Source of the DNA: a virus
Virus record (IMG/VR): IMGVR_UViG_3300007513_000007
Location: 64,001 to 128,000 of that record
Length of the DNA: 64,000 nt
Strand: one strand, 5' to 3'
The position numbers and the translations under genes were made by a program. This document shows, in pieces, positions 1 to 9,081 of the stretch. The notes beneath the pieces are model-generated. The model did no database searches. It saw only the letters and a list, made by a program, of their open reading frames with translations, and was not told the origin of the DNA. How positions within the stretch are numbered: position 1 is the stretch's first letter; each line of letters opens with the position of its first letter.

Positions 1-742
1 TAGTTGCAGGCACGGAACCCACACTCCCCATCAATGGCCTTGCGGCTCTTGCCCGAAGCATCGAACAGGGCACGCAGTTCCTTCTTCAAGGTCACGATGG
101 AGGTGTTTACTCGTCCAGCCTGCTTGTCCAAAGTCTTTCCGATGTTGAGGCTCTTCGGGAACCCGCTTCCATACACCCAGGCTTCGAGTTTGATGTCCGT
201 GAATCCGACTTTCTCCAGTGCTGCGGCCAGCCTGTGGAAAGTCCGCGTCCCACTGAACGCTTTGATGACCCCACCTGATTCAAGTACCCGGTAGGCTTCC
301 TGCAACCATTGGAGGTGCCATGCTTCCATAGCTTCCAGGTGGTTCCCCATACCTCCCCCGGTCTGGTCATCTGGAAGACCCTCGTTCTCCGCGTTTCGGC
401 GCTTACCCATTGGTTTCCAATGGTCGTGGGGTTGGGGGCAGTGGCATTTCTTTGCACCGCGCAACCGGCCCCCGCACTCCGCACAAGTCGGATTGGTGGT
501 TCCGTGCTTGGAGGTGCTGGAGAAGCTGGGCCACTTGATATGCCGTTCACCGATTCCAGGACTGGTGAAGGTGCCGCCATGCTCGTAGGACTTACCGCTC
601 CCGATCTTGTCCCATTCTTTTCCCATGAACTCAAGGCCATTCAGCCGTAGGGAGGGTCACAAATGACGCTCCCTACGCTGCCCTCCTGGAGTTCGGCCAT
701 GCGGTTTACGCACTCGCCATGTTTCAGGACAATCTCACTCAT
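1..742 (-). CDS. N6/N4 DNA methyltransferase, catalytic (DPPY) half; frame broken after DPPYG; runs off window edge
   Basis: ATG at 742 overlaps the SET stop: MSEIVLKHGEC...VICDPPYG then TGA (643-641). A second frame from 638 reads GLEFMGKEWD...EAYRVLESGG...FSGTRTFHRLAAALEKVGF...WVYGSGFPKSLNIGKTLDK with no stop to position 1. Confidence 0.85.
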
Positions 743-1580
743 CCTCTTCCTCCCTTTGCTGCATCTCCTCTTGGAGTTGCATCCACTTCTGTGCAGACAG
801 AAGCAGTTCCTCGTCCGGTAGCGTGGACGGGTTCGCTGGGGCCTCCCCCATCGCCACGCATCCTGCCTCATGTTCGTCCATGATGGTTACCAGCTTGGCT
901 ATGGAGGAGGCATCTCGGAGAGGTCTCTCCAGCGGCTCTTCTTTCCGAGGCTCGAACCAAAGCTGGTCGCCATAGTTCATGAGAAACTCGTCACCTTTGT
1001 GGATGTCCCTCCAAGCAGTGAAATCCAGGAACCTGCGCTGTGTTTTGGGGCAAACGTAGGCGAGCGCAATCGTGTTCCAGTTCTCCTCGGAATGGTTGTA
1101 GAGCATCCCGTACCCCAGTGCGAGGCACTTTACCGGGTCCCTTCTCCAAGGAATGACCATATGCGCCATCAAGGTGAGCTTCGCCATAGACTGGGGGGAG
1201 TCCCTTTGATCTAATGGGCCGGGTGCATACGGTTCCGTGACCACCGACAGGATGGCCTTGTCGGACGTGTAGTTGGTCATGTCTACCGTGTTGTGGGCGA
1301 GTCCGTGCCGCACACTCCCCGCGTTAGTGCAGATGACAAAAACGGGACACCTCTCCACCAATGTCCCTGCCGGTATGTCTTCTCGGGCGTAGATCCCTAT
1401 CCCGGCAGTGCCCTGCCTCATCTCAATCAGGGGGCCGGGTGCTGGCGCTATGTCCGTATGCCCCCACAACGTGCCGCACTGCTTACACTTCCGATAGTTC
1501 TTCGAGCGCCATTGAAAACCGCATGATTGACAAGTAAAGGTGAGGTGTCGAAGGGTTTTCTCGCCCATCACTCCCCCCAC
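735..1580 (-). CDS. SET-domain protein (putative lysine methyltransferase) with N-terminal CxxC..CxxC zinc ribbon
   Basis: GIGIYAREDIPAG, LGYGMLYNHS, AWRDIHKGDEFLMNYG. Confidence 0.85.
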   Translation of the reverse strand: MGGVMGEKTLRHLTFTCQSCGFQWRSKNYRKCKQCGTLWGHTDIAPAPGPLIEMRQGTAGIGIYAREDIPAGTLVERCPVFVICTNAGSVRHGLAHNTVDMTNYTSDKAILSVVTEPYAPGPLDQRDSPQSMAKLTLMAHMVIPWRRDPVKCLALGYGMLYNHSEENWNTIALAYVCPKTQRRFLDFTAWRDIHKGDEFLMNYGDQLWFEPRKEEPLERPLRDASSIAKLVTIMDEHEAGCVAMGEAPANPSTLPDEELLLSAQKWMQLQEEMQQREEEDE

Positions 1581-3007
1581 CCGAAGAAATCATCAAGGCT
1601 CTGTTCTTCCTGCTCTACCTTGGGGGCTTCCGACTCGATTGACGCACGATTCCAGCCCTGGTTCTCTGCGTTCCAGTGCCTTACACGGGCATCCGCAATC
1701 TGGATGTACTCTTCTTCCCGCTCAATGCCGATCCCAGAGTGTCCGGTTTTTGTACAGGCGATCATGGTCGTGCCGGAACCAAGAAAAGGGTCCACCACAA
1801 GCCCCTCTTTAGGCACTGTCTCAAGGAGTCTTCGCATCACCTCTACGGGCTTCACCGTCGGATGGGAGTTGTGCCGCTTCTGAACCCCTCGGTTTCGAGG
1901 ATTGTCACCACCCGGATTGCCTTCCTTTCGTCCGTCGTCCCTTTGTGCTGCCTCGATAGAAGCGCACCCTGCTTCTCGTTCGGCTCTCGAAGGCTTGGCG
2001 ACGTAGTGTAGGCGGTCTTCTGGGCTGTCTGCGACAAGGATGCAGTCCCGTACTTCAAAGCCTGCATCCTCCCCGGCACAAGCACCCTTGAACCCCGTAT
2101 CTTCGGATGCCAGAAGCAAGTGCCCTCCTGGCTTCATGACCCGGAGGGCCTCCCCGATCCAATCCCCAACAGCATTGTCTGATTCAGTGAGGATGGCATG
2201 TACCGTGCCGTCTTCGTGCTTGGCCCAGTCGAAATCCGAGGGGTTGGCAATAACAAGGGTGTTGCAGTCATCCAGGTGGTCAGGGGAGACCATCGTCTGA
2301 AGGTATTCTCGGAGTTCTTTGGGGAGCATGAAGTTCTTTACCCGTCCTGAAGGTTGTTTGACCCTCTCCTGGGGGAACTGGTGAAAGAATCGGGCAGCAC
2401 CCCCGGCATCTGCAAACCCCCGTTCAGTTGTGTCCGTGACGGAGTTGGGGTTCCACACCATCGATCCACCCCCTGTCGGATAGATGGGGTTGCCGGTGGG
2501 CTTGCGTACCACCCCTTTAGTGACTCCGCTCTGTTCATCGAGGTCGGCCACAAGGCACCCATCGACACACTCCCAAGCGGGGATCGTTTCGTTTCCGTCC
2601 GGGTCTGTTGCAGGGGACTCCCACGCATCTGGTCGGACATCTTTGCTGCGGCGTGCGCCCCAACCGTGGCGGGGATCTGGCTTTCCCTTTGGGCCGTTGG
2701 GATACCCTTGATGACCCTTCACCTTACGCACGCCGAGGTGCTCGCATCCAGGTTGGTGCTGAAGCACCAAGTTCCCCGGCCAACGGCCAAGAACCTGTCC
2801 GTCCTTCTGGTGGGTGGCGGTTGACCCATAAGCCCCGAAGATACCGTTCCCTTTGGCTGCTTCAGCAGGCTTCGAGTGGGTACTGACCACTTCGCCGTGG
2901 GCTGCTACACGGCATCGGTCGATATTGAGGCCGCCTGTTCCATGATTCAGGGCACATGCAGCAACCGTAGACCCCAGAGGTTTACGGAGAAGGTGGACGG
3001 TTTTCAT
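1568..3007 (-). CDS. Permuted DNA methyltransferase-like protein (SAM-binding motif I present, DPPY absent)
   Basis: RKPL..TVA..HGTGGLNID, GRWPGN, GGAARFF, YVAKPSRAER, HPTVKPVEVMRRL, VVDPFLGSGTT. Confidence 0.85.
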   Translation of the reverse strand: MKTVHLLRKPLGSTVAACALNHGTGGLNIDRCRVAAHGEVVSTHSKPAEAAKGNGIFGAYGSTATHQKDGQVLGRWPGNLVLQHQPGCEHLGVRKVKGHQGYPNGPKGKPDPRHGWGARRSKDVRPDAWESPATDPDGNETIPAWECVDGCLVADLDEQSGVTKGVVRKPTGNPIYPTGGGSMVWNPNSVTDTTERGFADAGGAARFFHQFPQERVKQPSGRVKNFMLPKELREYLQTMVSPDHLDDCNTLVIANPSDFDWAKHEDGTVHAILTESDNAVGDWIGEALRVMKPGGHLLLASEDTGFKGACAGEDAGFEVRDCILVADSPEDRLHYVAKPSRAEREAGCASIEAAQRDDGRKEGNPGGDNPRNRGVQKRHNSHPTVKPVEVMRRLLETVPKEGLVVDPFLGSGTTMIACTKTGHSGIGIEREEEYIQIADARVRHWNAENQGWNRASIESEAPKVEQEEQSLDDFFGWGE

Positions 3008-3581
3008 TCACCCTCTCCGGGGAAAACCCAGGCGTTGCCGACCAGTGTTCTCGACACCGGGCTGCGTACATCCCCTTGGAACCAACCAGGACGCGCTCCG
3101 CTGATTCCACAAGGCGTTGTGTTCGAGTCGCATGGCTTCCGCACACACAACACACGGCTGTCACCTTGGTTGCTGAATCAGCCAGGGCCAGGATGGGCGA
3201 AACCGTCGCGAAAGGTTTGCCTTCGTAGTCTAAATCAAGCCCTGCGGCGATGACCCGGTGGCCCTCGCTCGCCAGTTGGTCGAGCGCGTACCCGATGTCA
3301 GGGGAGCGAGGAGTCTTTTCTATGAACTGGACCTCGTCAATCCCAATGACATCGAAGCAGTGCGCCGCCTCCACGATTTCTTCAACGGTGGTGACCGAGG
3401 TGGCAGGGAAGGTAGCGCCGAGATGCGTGGACAGGTTGCTCTCTGAATAACGGTTATCGAGCTTCGGCTTGAAGGCTCCTACGCGCAAGCCTGCGATCTG
3501 CGCCCGTGTCAATCGTCGGACCAACTCCTCCGTCTTTCCAGAGTACATGCACCCAACCACCACCTCCAAACTTCCAGCCAT
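2982..3581 (-). CDS. tdk: Thymidine kinase
   Basis: GCMYSGKTEEL, IGIDEVQF, AAGLDLDY, CCVCG...TQR...YAARCREH. Confidence 0.95.
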   Translation of the reverse strand: MAGSLEVVVGCMYSGKTEELVRRLTRAQIAGLRVGAFKPKLDNRYSESNLSTHLGATFPATSVTTVEEIVEAAHCFDVIGIDEVQFIEKTPRSPDIGYALDQLASEGHRVIAAGLDLDYEGKPFATVSPILALADSATKVTAVCCVCGSHATRTQRLVESAERVLVGSKGMYAARCREHWSATPGFSPERVNENRPPSP

Positions 3582-3589
3582 CTCGTCCC

Positions 3590-4033
3590 CTACGTCAAAG
3601 CAAACTCATTTCCGGTGACCACAACAACATGTCGCCGCTCCCTCCAAGCCATAGCGACACGCTGAAAAACCGCCCCGTCCAGAGGTGGCTCGTAACATTC
3701 CGGCGTCTTGCCACAAGGACGACACCTTACCGAGTCCCAGCCAATACAGGACTCACGAATCGCACAAGCACCATCGTCGGAGGTCACCCGCTGTGCTGAT
3801 TTGAGGGGAGGTCGTCCCAACTCCCTTGCCAGGGGCGTGGCGTACCCGTGCAGAGCGTGGGACAAGGATTCTCCCGTCACCGTCGTCACCCCTTGCGCCC
3901 AAGAGGTTCCCTGAAGGGGTTGGAGGTCTCCCCAAGGAGCGGCATCCGTAGGGAAAGCCACCAACAGCAGGATGCTTCCCTGTTCCTGGTCGGTCAGGTC
4001 GATTTCCCGCAGACGAAGCCTACTCGTCATCAA
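3590..4033 (-). CDS. Hypothetical protein (Cys-containing)
   Basis: Co-oriented, tightly packed ORF. Confidence 0.65.
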   Translation of the reverse strand: MMTSRLRLREIDLTDQEQGSILLLVAFPTDAAPWGDLQPLQGTSWAQGVTTVTGESLSHALHGYATPLARELGRPPLKSAQRVTSDDGACAIRESCIGWDSVRCRPCGKTPECYEPPLDGAVFQRVAMAWRERRHVVVVTGNEFALT

Positions 4034-4349
4034 AGACTACACTGAACGTCTGGGCAAACGTGGAAGTCGCACTCCAAGCCGATTCTTCAGATTCGGTAGC
4101 CGTAAGACTGTAGGTGTATTCCCCGCCCAACGTGTGAGGCACGAATGCTTCACCGCCCAGCCAGATGTTCGGGTCATCGCCCTCTGGTTCGGAAACGTCC
4201 TCGGGGTCTGGCATCTCGAACTCTTGAGGAGGCATTTCGATGGCCACCTTGGTTTCAGTCCCGGTGACGTAGACGACGGGCTTACCCGTTTCGGTTTCGA
4301 GGGTGATGACAGTCCCTTTTGGGAGGGTAAAGGCGGTGGGGATGTCCAT
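4020..4349 (-). CDS. Hypothetical acidic protein
   Basis: Co-oriented ORF with AGGA RBS; overlaps next start. Confidence 0.6.
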   Translation of the reverse strand: MDIPTAFTLPKGTVITLETETGKPVVYVTGTETKVAIEMPPQEFEMPDPEDVSEPEGDDPNIWLGGEAFVPHTLGGEYTYSLTATESEESAWSATSTFAQTFSVVFDDE

Positions 4350-4382
4350 GCGGCGAAGTCCTTCCGTGATGTCTACTTCACC

Positions 4383-5150
4383 CTACCCGCCCTCTTTGGT
4401 TTCCTTCCCCCCATGCACCACGCAACGAACTTTTCCTTTGAGGCGGCGACAATCATTCCCAATACCTCCGATATACAGGCCGGAATCTGGGTGGGCGCAC
4501 AGACCGGGCCATCCCATCCCGGATTCCTTTTCCCGAGTGCGCCGATGAGCCAAGGGGATGGGATGGGTAAGACCTCGAACATGCCACGCATACGTCCCAC
4601 TGTTAGCACAGCACTTTCCGTCGGCTTGCGCTGCGGCGTTGGCCTCCTCGGACTTCCAGTTCAGGTGGCCACAAGGAAGGTGGTGGGGAGGCTTCCAGTC
4701 CGCAGGTGGCTCGCTGGGAGGGGGAACGTCATCGTCCTCAACTACCCGTTGGAAGGGTCCCCTGGGTTCCTCGATGGCCTCGTCATCGAACTCCGGTTCG
4801 GGTTCCGGGTCAAGAGCCACCAGGACCGGGTAGGAGAGTGATTCGGAATCCACCTCCAACACCTTGTTGGTTACCCCAGCCTCCAACACCTCGGCCCACC
4901 GTTTCGCAGAGAGCCTCTTGAATCCGTGAGCCTTTGCGGCCACAGGTTTCCAGGCGTCAACGCTCTTGCGTCGGCCCGTGTGGGCACGGAGAGCGTCGGC
5001 TATTGCTTGGGCGGCGTCCAGAGGCGTGGCCTTGGCCTTCTCCTCAAAGATGCTGCCGAAAGCATCCATCCCGCTGTTGTCAGCACTTTCGCGCACTGCT
5101 CCAGCCAGACCGCCTACCCAGTCCTCGATTATGTCCTTGGCTTTGGGCAT
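4383..5150 (-). CDS. Hypothetical protein, C-terminal Cys/His-rich region
   Basis: Likely start MPKAKDIIED (TGATG overlap with upstream ORF). Confidence 0.65.
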   Translation of the reverse strand: MPKAKDIIEDWVGGLAGAVRESADNSGMDAFGSIFEEKAKATPLDAAQAIADALRAHTGRRKSVDAWKPVAAKAHGFKRLSAKRWAEVLEAGVTNKVLEVDSESLSYPVLVALDPEPEPEFDDEAIEEPRGPFQRVVEDDDVPPPSEPPADWKPPHHLPCGHLNWKSEEANAAAQADGKCCANSGTYAWHVRGLTHPIPLAHRRTREKESGMGWPGLCAHPDSGLYIGGIGNDCRRLKGKVRCVVHGGKETKEGG

Positions 5151-5326
5151 CAGAACTTTCCAATGGCGGCACGCTTGCCGTCGCGAAGGGCGTCTTCCTT
5201 TACGTTCTGGAGCAGTCGCCAAAGGGCTTCTTGCTCGCGTTCGGTCAGCTTGTCCAGCATCGGAAGCAGGACGTGACGTTCACACCGGGTGCGGTGGAAC
5301 AGGGCTGTGAGGTGGCGCTTGATCAT
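5150..5326 (-). CDS. Small hypothetical protein (58 aa, below ORF-track cutoff)
   Basis: MIKRHLTALFHR...AAIGKF; ATGA and TGATG overlaps with both neighbours. Confidence 0.6.
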   Translation of the reverse strand: MIKRHLTALFHRTRCERHVLLPMLDKLTEREQEALWRLLQNVKEDALRDGKRAAIGKF

Positions 5327-6732
5327 CCCACCCCCAGGTCTTCGATGGGAACGGCGGTGAGGGTCCGCAAGCCATCCTCGCCTCGGGTTTGACCGATGTA
5401 GAGGTCGCCCCAGCCGTAGGTGTGGCGCTGTTCAGCAGAGGGGAGGTTGATGTTGAAGCCACACCCCTTCTTGCGAATCTGCTGCTCCTCTTTCGCGTAG
5501 CTGCCCATTGTCTGGTGTGCCTTCCACGCTGCGAGGCTGTTCCTCTTGTGGTGCATGTCCAGAATCTGCACAACCCGATCTCGGGGAAATGCCCGCAACA
5601 GGTCGAGTGCGTAGTGCTTGATGGCTTCCTCGCCAGTGGTGAGGTCAACGCTGTGATACTGCATGAGTTGCGGTTGCGTGCGAACCGCAATCTCGATCTG
5701 GTCACCTGCTTGACGGGGGCCAACGCAAAGGACGAACGAGCAGAAGGGAGTACCTCCGGGGGTCTTCTTTCCCGCCTTGTGTTCGCCGCTATGGTAGGCG
5801 TAGACGTTGAGCAGGGTGCATTCTAAACCCGTACCGAAGAGGTACACGTTCATGATTTGTCGGGTGGTTTCGGCTCGGGTCATCGCCTTGCCGATGGCTG
5901 TCAGGTTCCCGTTTCGGTTGACGGGCTGAAAGACGCTCTTCACACCTCTACGGTGCGGGAAGACACGGCGTAGCCGCTTCTCGGCCAGAGCGATCATCTT
6001 CCGGGGGTCGAACTCGCCGTGCGTGAAGCAGGCGGCACTGACCTCCATACCGCACTTGCGGTACAGGTCTCGGGCCTTCTTGCGGGTGGCACGGGGCATG
6101 TTGGGGACCAAGAGTTCCCGATCCCGGATAGCGCACTCCCGACCCTTGAGCAGAGTCACCCCAAAGATGGCTGGATACGCAGAGGCTCCCAGCATGGCCT
6201 CCCCCAAGGTCACCATGTTCGGGATGTCAGTGGTCGGAGCCAAGCCGCCAATGCCGTTACAGAAGTCGAGGTGGCCGCTGTTGTAGAGCAGGCGGCTGCT
6301 TCCCTGGACCTGGAGAATGGTGGAGTGTTGGCGCTTCCGTACCTTGATGGCAGGCGCGTTGTTCGGGACCACCAAGCCCCCGGAGTTCAAGGGTTGGTTG
6401 CCCAAGAGCTTCCAATGCCGCTGGTTGCCCATGCCCCGGTTGATTTGGGCTTGTGCCACAACCTGGGCACAGTCGCCGTGGATGATGTGTGCGTTCTGGT
6501 ACAGGCTTTGGGTGTAGGTCGCTTCGCTCTCGGCGCAGTCGATACCCGTGACTCGGGTCAGGTCAAACCCCAACCCCTCAAGGGTAGCGAAGTCTCCCCC
6601 GTGCCCAGCAAGCACCAAGCTCCCCAAGTAGGACGAGCCAATGGCGTTCATCCAGTTGGACATGGAGATCCAGAGCCTCGCTCTGGCAATACGCTTACCG
6701 GGGGAATCTCCCTTGTAGGTGCCTTCTTCCAT
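5323..6732 (-). CDS. Hypothetical protein, possible divergent class I SAM-dependent methyltransferase fold at N-terminus
   Basis: LVLAGHGGD / VTGIDC / IIHGDC / GHLDFC spacing resembles motifs I-IV. Confidence 0.55.
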   Translation of the reverse strand: MEEGTYKGDSPGKRIARARLWISMSNWMNAIGSSYLGSLVLAGHGGDFATLEGLGFDLTRVTGIDCAESEATYTQSLYQNAHIIHGDCAQVVAQAQINRGMGNQRHWKLLGNQPLNSGGLVVPNNAPAIKVRKRQHSTILQVQGSSRLLYNSGHLDFCNGIGGLAPTTDIPNMVTLGEAMLGASAYPAIFGVTLLKGRECAIRDRELLVPNMPRATRKKARDLYRKCGMEVSAACFTHGEFDPRKMIALAEKRLRRVFPHRRGVKSVFQPVNRNGNLTAIGKAMTRAETTRQIMNVYLFGTGLECTLLNVYAYHSGEHKAGKKTPGGTPFCSFVLCVGPRQAGDQIEIAVRTQPQLMQYHSVDLTTGEEAIKHYALDLLRAFPRDRVVQILDMHHKRNSLAAWKAHQTMGSYAKEEQQIRKKGCGFNINLPSAEQRHTYGWGDLYIGQTRGEDGLRTLTAVPIEDLGVG

Positions 6733-6911
6733 TAGTGACCTTCCTGACAGAGCCGACGGGATGCTTGACGGAGCCGAGTTTCGATGGCCTTGCGGGCACG
6801 ACGAACCTTCCGCTTACGGGCACCGCCATGACCTCGGTGAAAGGTTCCCCCATCACCGTCCACGTCCTTGCGAGCCTTGCCGAAAAGTTTTGCTTTGCCG
6901 CGCTGTGCCAT
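6732..6911 (-). CDS. Small basic protein (59 aa)
   Basis: MAQRGKAKLF...RKRKVRRARKAIETRLRQASRRLCQEGH; GGAGG RBS; TAATG overlap. Confidence 0.65.
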   Translation of the reverse strand: MAQRGKAKLFGKARKDVDGDGGTFHRGHGGARKRKVRRARKAIETRLRQASRRLCQEGH

Positions 6912-6925
6912 AAAGCCTCCGAACC

Positions 6926-6957
6926 CTATACGGGTTCAACTTGAAGGGGGAACCCCC
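6926..6957 (-). promoter_or_regulatory. Class A promoter-like motif
   Basis: GGGGGTTCC-N16-CG-TATAG. Confidence 0.7.
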
Positions 6958-6958
6958 C

Positions 6959-7354
6959 CTAATCGCTAATCTCCAGCCTGTGAGCCTCGATTTTGAGCCA
7001 TTCGCCCGACCGCTCCCACACTTTGAAGAGTTGACTGGAGGGCTTCCCCTCCCAGTTGGACATGACAACAGAGCGAGGGGCGCTCGCCACGCTGTACTGC
7101 GCGTCCCAGAGTCCTTCCTTCCATTCAGACTTGAACTCGGTAAAGGAAAACGGAACGCCACAGTCTGTTGCACACTGCTTGGCCCGAGCCAAGGCATCCT
7201 TGAAGCTGGCCTTGTGTTCTGTGTTGTCGCGTTCGATAAGGGCCTGCGAAGCCGCAAGGGCGTCCTTCTCTGACACGAAGACACCCTGCACACTCCCGCC
7301 CTCGTGGGCTTCGCCTTGGGTGAGGATGAAAACGACGTTGAGCCATTCAGACAT
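6959..7354 (-). CDS. Hypothetical protein
   Basis: Likely start MSEWLNVV, downstream of class A motif. Confidence 0.6.
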   Translation of the reverse strand: MSEWLNVVFILTQGEAHEGGSVQGVFVSEKDALAASQALIERDNTEHKASFKDALARAKQCATDCGVPFSFTEFKSEWKEGLWDAQYSVASAPRSVVMSNWEGKPSSQLFKVWERSGEWLKIEAHRLEISD

Positions 7355-7395
7355 TGGGGCTAACTCCTGGCTGCAAGCAGCGCGGGTTGGAAGTC

Positions 7396-7427
7396 CTTTA
7401 CGGGAGTACAGGGGGCCAGGAACCCCC
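7396..7427 (-). promoter_or_regulatory. Class A promoter-like motif
   Basis: GGGGGTTCC-N16-CG-TAAAG. Confidence 0.7.
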
Positions 7428-7452
7428 CACCGGGCACGGGAGTCTTTGATCT

Positions 7453-8487
7453 TCATGCGGTCACCTGAATAAAGAGGCGCTTGCCCACCCTTACTACGGA
7501 ACCTCTGGCCGGAATGGCCTCTACATCCTGACACTTTTCGCCGTCAATCCTGACACCGCCGCCTTGAATAAGTTTGCGGGCCTTGGAGCGGCTCTCACCG
7601 CGTGCTTCAGCCACAAGGGCTACCAAGGGTCCCTGTGCAACCGAAGGGAGGTCAGAGGGCACCTCACGCCGCTGCACGGATGCCTCGAAGTGAGCCTGCG
7701 CCTTGTCAGCGGCAGCCTCGCCGTGAAGCTGGCGAACAATGTCCCACGCCAACAGCTTCTTGTGCTTCATGGGGTGTGCGGGAAACTCCGTGATGGATGT
7801 CAGTAGACCTGCCCATTCTTGAGCGACCTCATCGGAAACGGACATGACCTTTCCGAACATCTGCTCGGGGGCCTCGTCCAACCAGATGGCGTTGTCGAAG
7901 CTCTTGCTCATCTTGCGGCCATCGGTTCCCCGAATCACAGGGGTCATGATGCAGCTTTGAGGCGCTTGGCCTTCGGCTTCCTGAAGCTGGCGAGCGACCT
8001 GGAAGTTGAACAGTTGGTCGGTCCCGCCGATCTCGACCTCGGCCCGGACCTCTACAGAGTCCCACCCTTGAAGCAGGGGCACCAGGAACTCGTGAAGGGC
8101 GATGGCTTGACCGGCATCGTTACGCCGACGGAAGCCATCACGGGACAGCATGTTTGCCACAGTGATCTTGCTTGCAAGGCGGGTGAGGAAGAACGGGACA
8201 CTCATGGCGTCCACGAACTCATGGTTCCGATGAACCTGGAATCCGGGGAGCAGCACCTGCTCTACTTGCTTCAGTAGCGCCTCGGCGTTCTGCCGAACCT
8301 CGTTCTCCGAAAGGATGGGCCGTGTCTTGTCCTGCCCCGACGGGTCACCCAAAGCAGCCGTGATGGTGCCAAGGATGAGGTGCAGGTCGTGACCCTGCTC
8401 CTGCATTTCGCGGGCAACACGAAGGGGAACGAAGTGTCCCAGGTGCAGCCGATCCCTTGTGGGGTCGATGCCGAACTTCACTCGCAA
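7453..8487 (-). CDS. tyrS: Tyrosyl-tRNA synthetase with C-terminal S4 domain (start uncertain; ORF open to 8571)
   Basis: KFGIDPT..LHLGH, LLQGWD, EIGGTDQLFN, DGRKMSKS, SRSKARKLIQGGGVRIDG. Confidence 0.95.
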   Translation of the reverse strand: MRVKFGIDPTRDRLHLGHFVPLRVAREMQEQGHDLHLILGTITAALGDPSGQDKTRPILSENEVRQNAEALLKQVEQVLLPGFQVHRNHEFVDAMSVPFFLTRLASKITVANMLSRDGFRRRNDAGQAIALHEFLVPLLQGWDSVEVRAEVEIGGTDQLFNFQVARQLQEAEGQAPQSCIMTPVIRGTDGRKMSKSFDNAIWLDEAPEQMFGKVMSVSDEVAQEWAGLLTSITEFPAHPMKHKKLLAWDIVRQLHGEAAADKAQAHFEASVQRREVPSDLPSVAQGPLVALVAEARGESRSKARKLIQGGGVRIDGEKCQDVEAIPARGSVVRVGKRLFIQVTA

Positions 8488-8497
8488 GGGGTGTGAG

Positions 8498-8689
8498 CTA
8501 CGACTGATGCGCTCCGTCGCTGTCGGAGGGAAGATAAACCAACCCCCGAAGAGCGTCTTCTGCGCCCTCACGACAAGCCTCTTGACCCTCGCGGCGGGTG
8601 ATGCGCTCTTTTGCGCGATCCAGGGAAGCCCAAGTGGAGCGGCTCATAGCGCGTCCTCGGGGTCCGTCTTTTTTGGTGCGATGAGCCAT
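8498..8689 (-). CDS. Small basic hypothetical protein
   Basis: ORF directly downstream of class A motif. Confidence 0.55.
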   Translation of the reverse strand: MAHRTKKDGPRGRAMSRSTWASLDRAKERITRREGQEACREGAEDALRGLVYLPSDSDGAHQS

Positions 8690-8710
8690 GTCAGCCCTCC
8701 TTCTTGGACT

Positions 8711-8742
8711 CTTTACGGAGCCGCCACGTTCTCGGAACCCCC
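8711..8742 (-). promoter_or_regulatory. Class A promoter-like motif
   Basis: GGGGGTTCC-N16-CG-TAAAG. Confidence 0.7.
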
Positions 8743-8871
8743 TGCCTCATCAGGTTTATCCGACCACACTGAAGCAGCCAGCACGATGAAGATGACAAGA
8801 CCGATGGCTACCACCAACCCCACAACGCGCCAATCAGGACGGAGCAGGGTTTCTTTCGTCTGATACATCAT
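8713..8871 (-). CDS. Small single-pass membrane protein (52 aa)
   Basis: VVGLVVAIGLVIFIVLAASVW hydrophobic stretch. Confidence 0.55.
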   Translation of the reverse strand: MMYQTKETLLRPDWRVVGLVVAIGLVIFIVLAASVWSDKPDEAGGSENVAAP

Positions 8872-9022
8872 GGAGTCGGTCCTTTACAGATTGGAGTGCC
8901 TTTCGGATGAGCTTTTGAGGCGCATCGGGAAACTGCTTCTGGGTGGCCTTCCGTGTAGGGAGTTGCTCCTGTTCTTCGAGCCACCTTGTCACTTGTTCAT
9001 ATGTTTGTCGGGTTTGATACAA
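8834..9022 (-). CDS. Small helical hypothetical protein
   Basis: 62-aa ORF after intergenic gap with GGAGG. Confidence 0.5.
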   Translation of the reverse strand: MYQTRQTYEQVTRWLEEQEQLPTRKATQKQFPDAPQKLIRKALQSVKDRLHDVSDERNPAPS

Positions 9023-9081
9023 GACTTACCTCCAGAGCCACTCTACCGAAAAGGGGGTCTATAGAGAGACACTTCCCGGTA

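Noticed and set aside
107-643. TGA read-through or alternative genetic code in the first methyltransferase
   Set aside because: The in-frame continuation after TGA (MALSSWEK...) has no MTase motifs; the motifs are in another frame. TGA, TAA and TAG all terminate well-supported genes elsewhere.
3169-3182. GTTGCTGAATCAGC in tdk matching the 17325 repeat
   Set aside because: It lies within coding sequence (ADSAT); a single match is consistent with chance.
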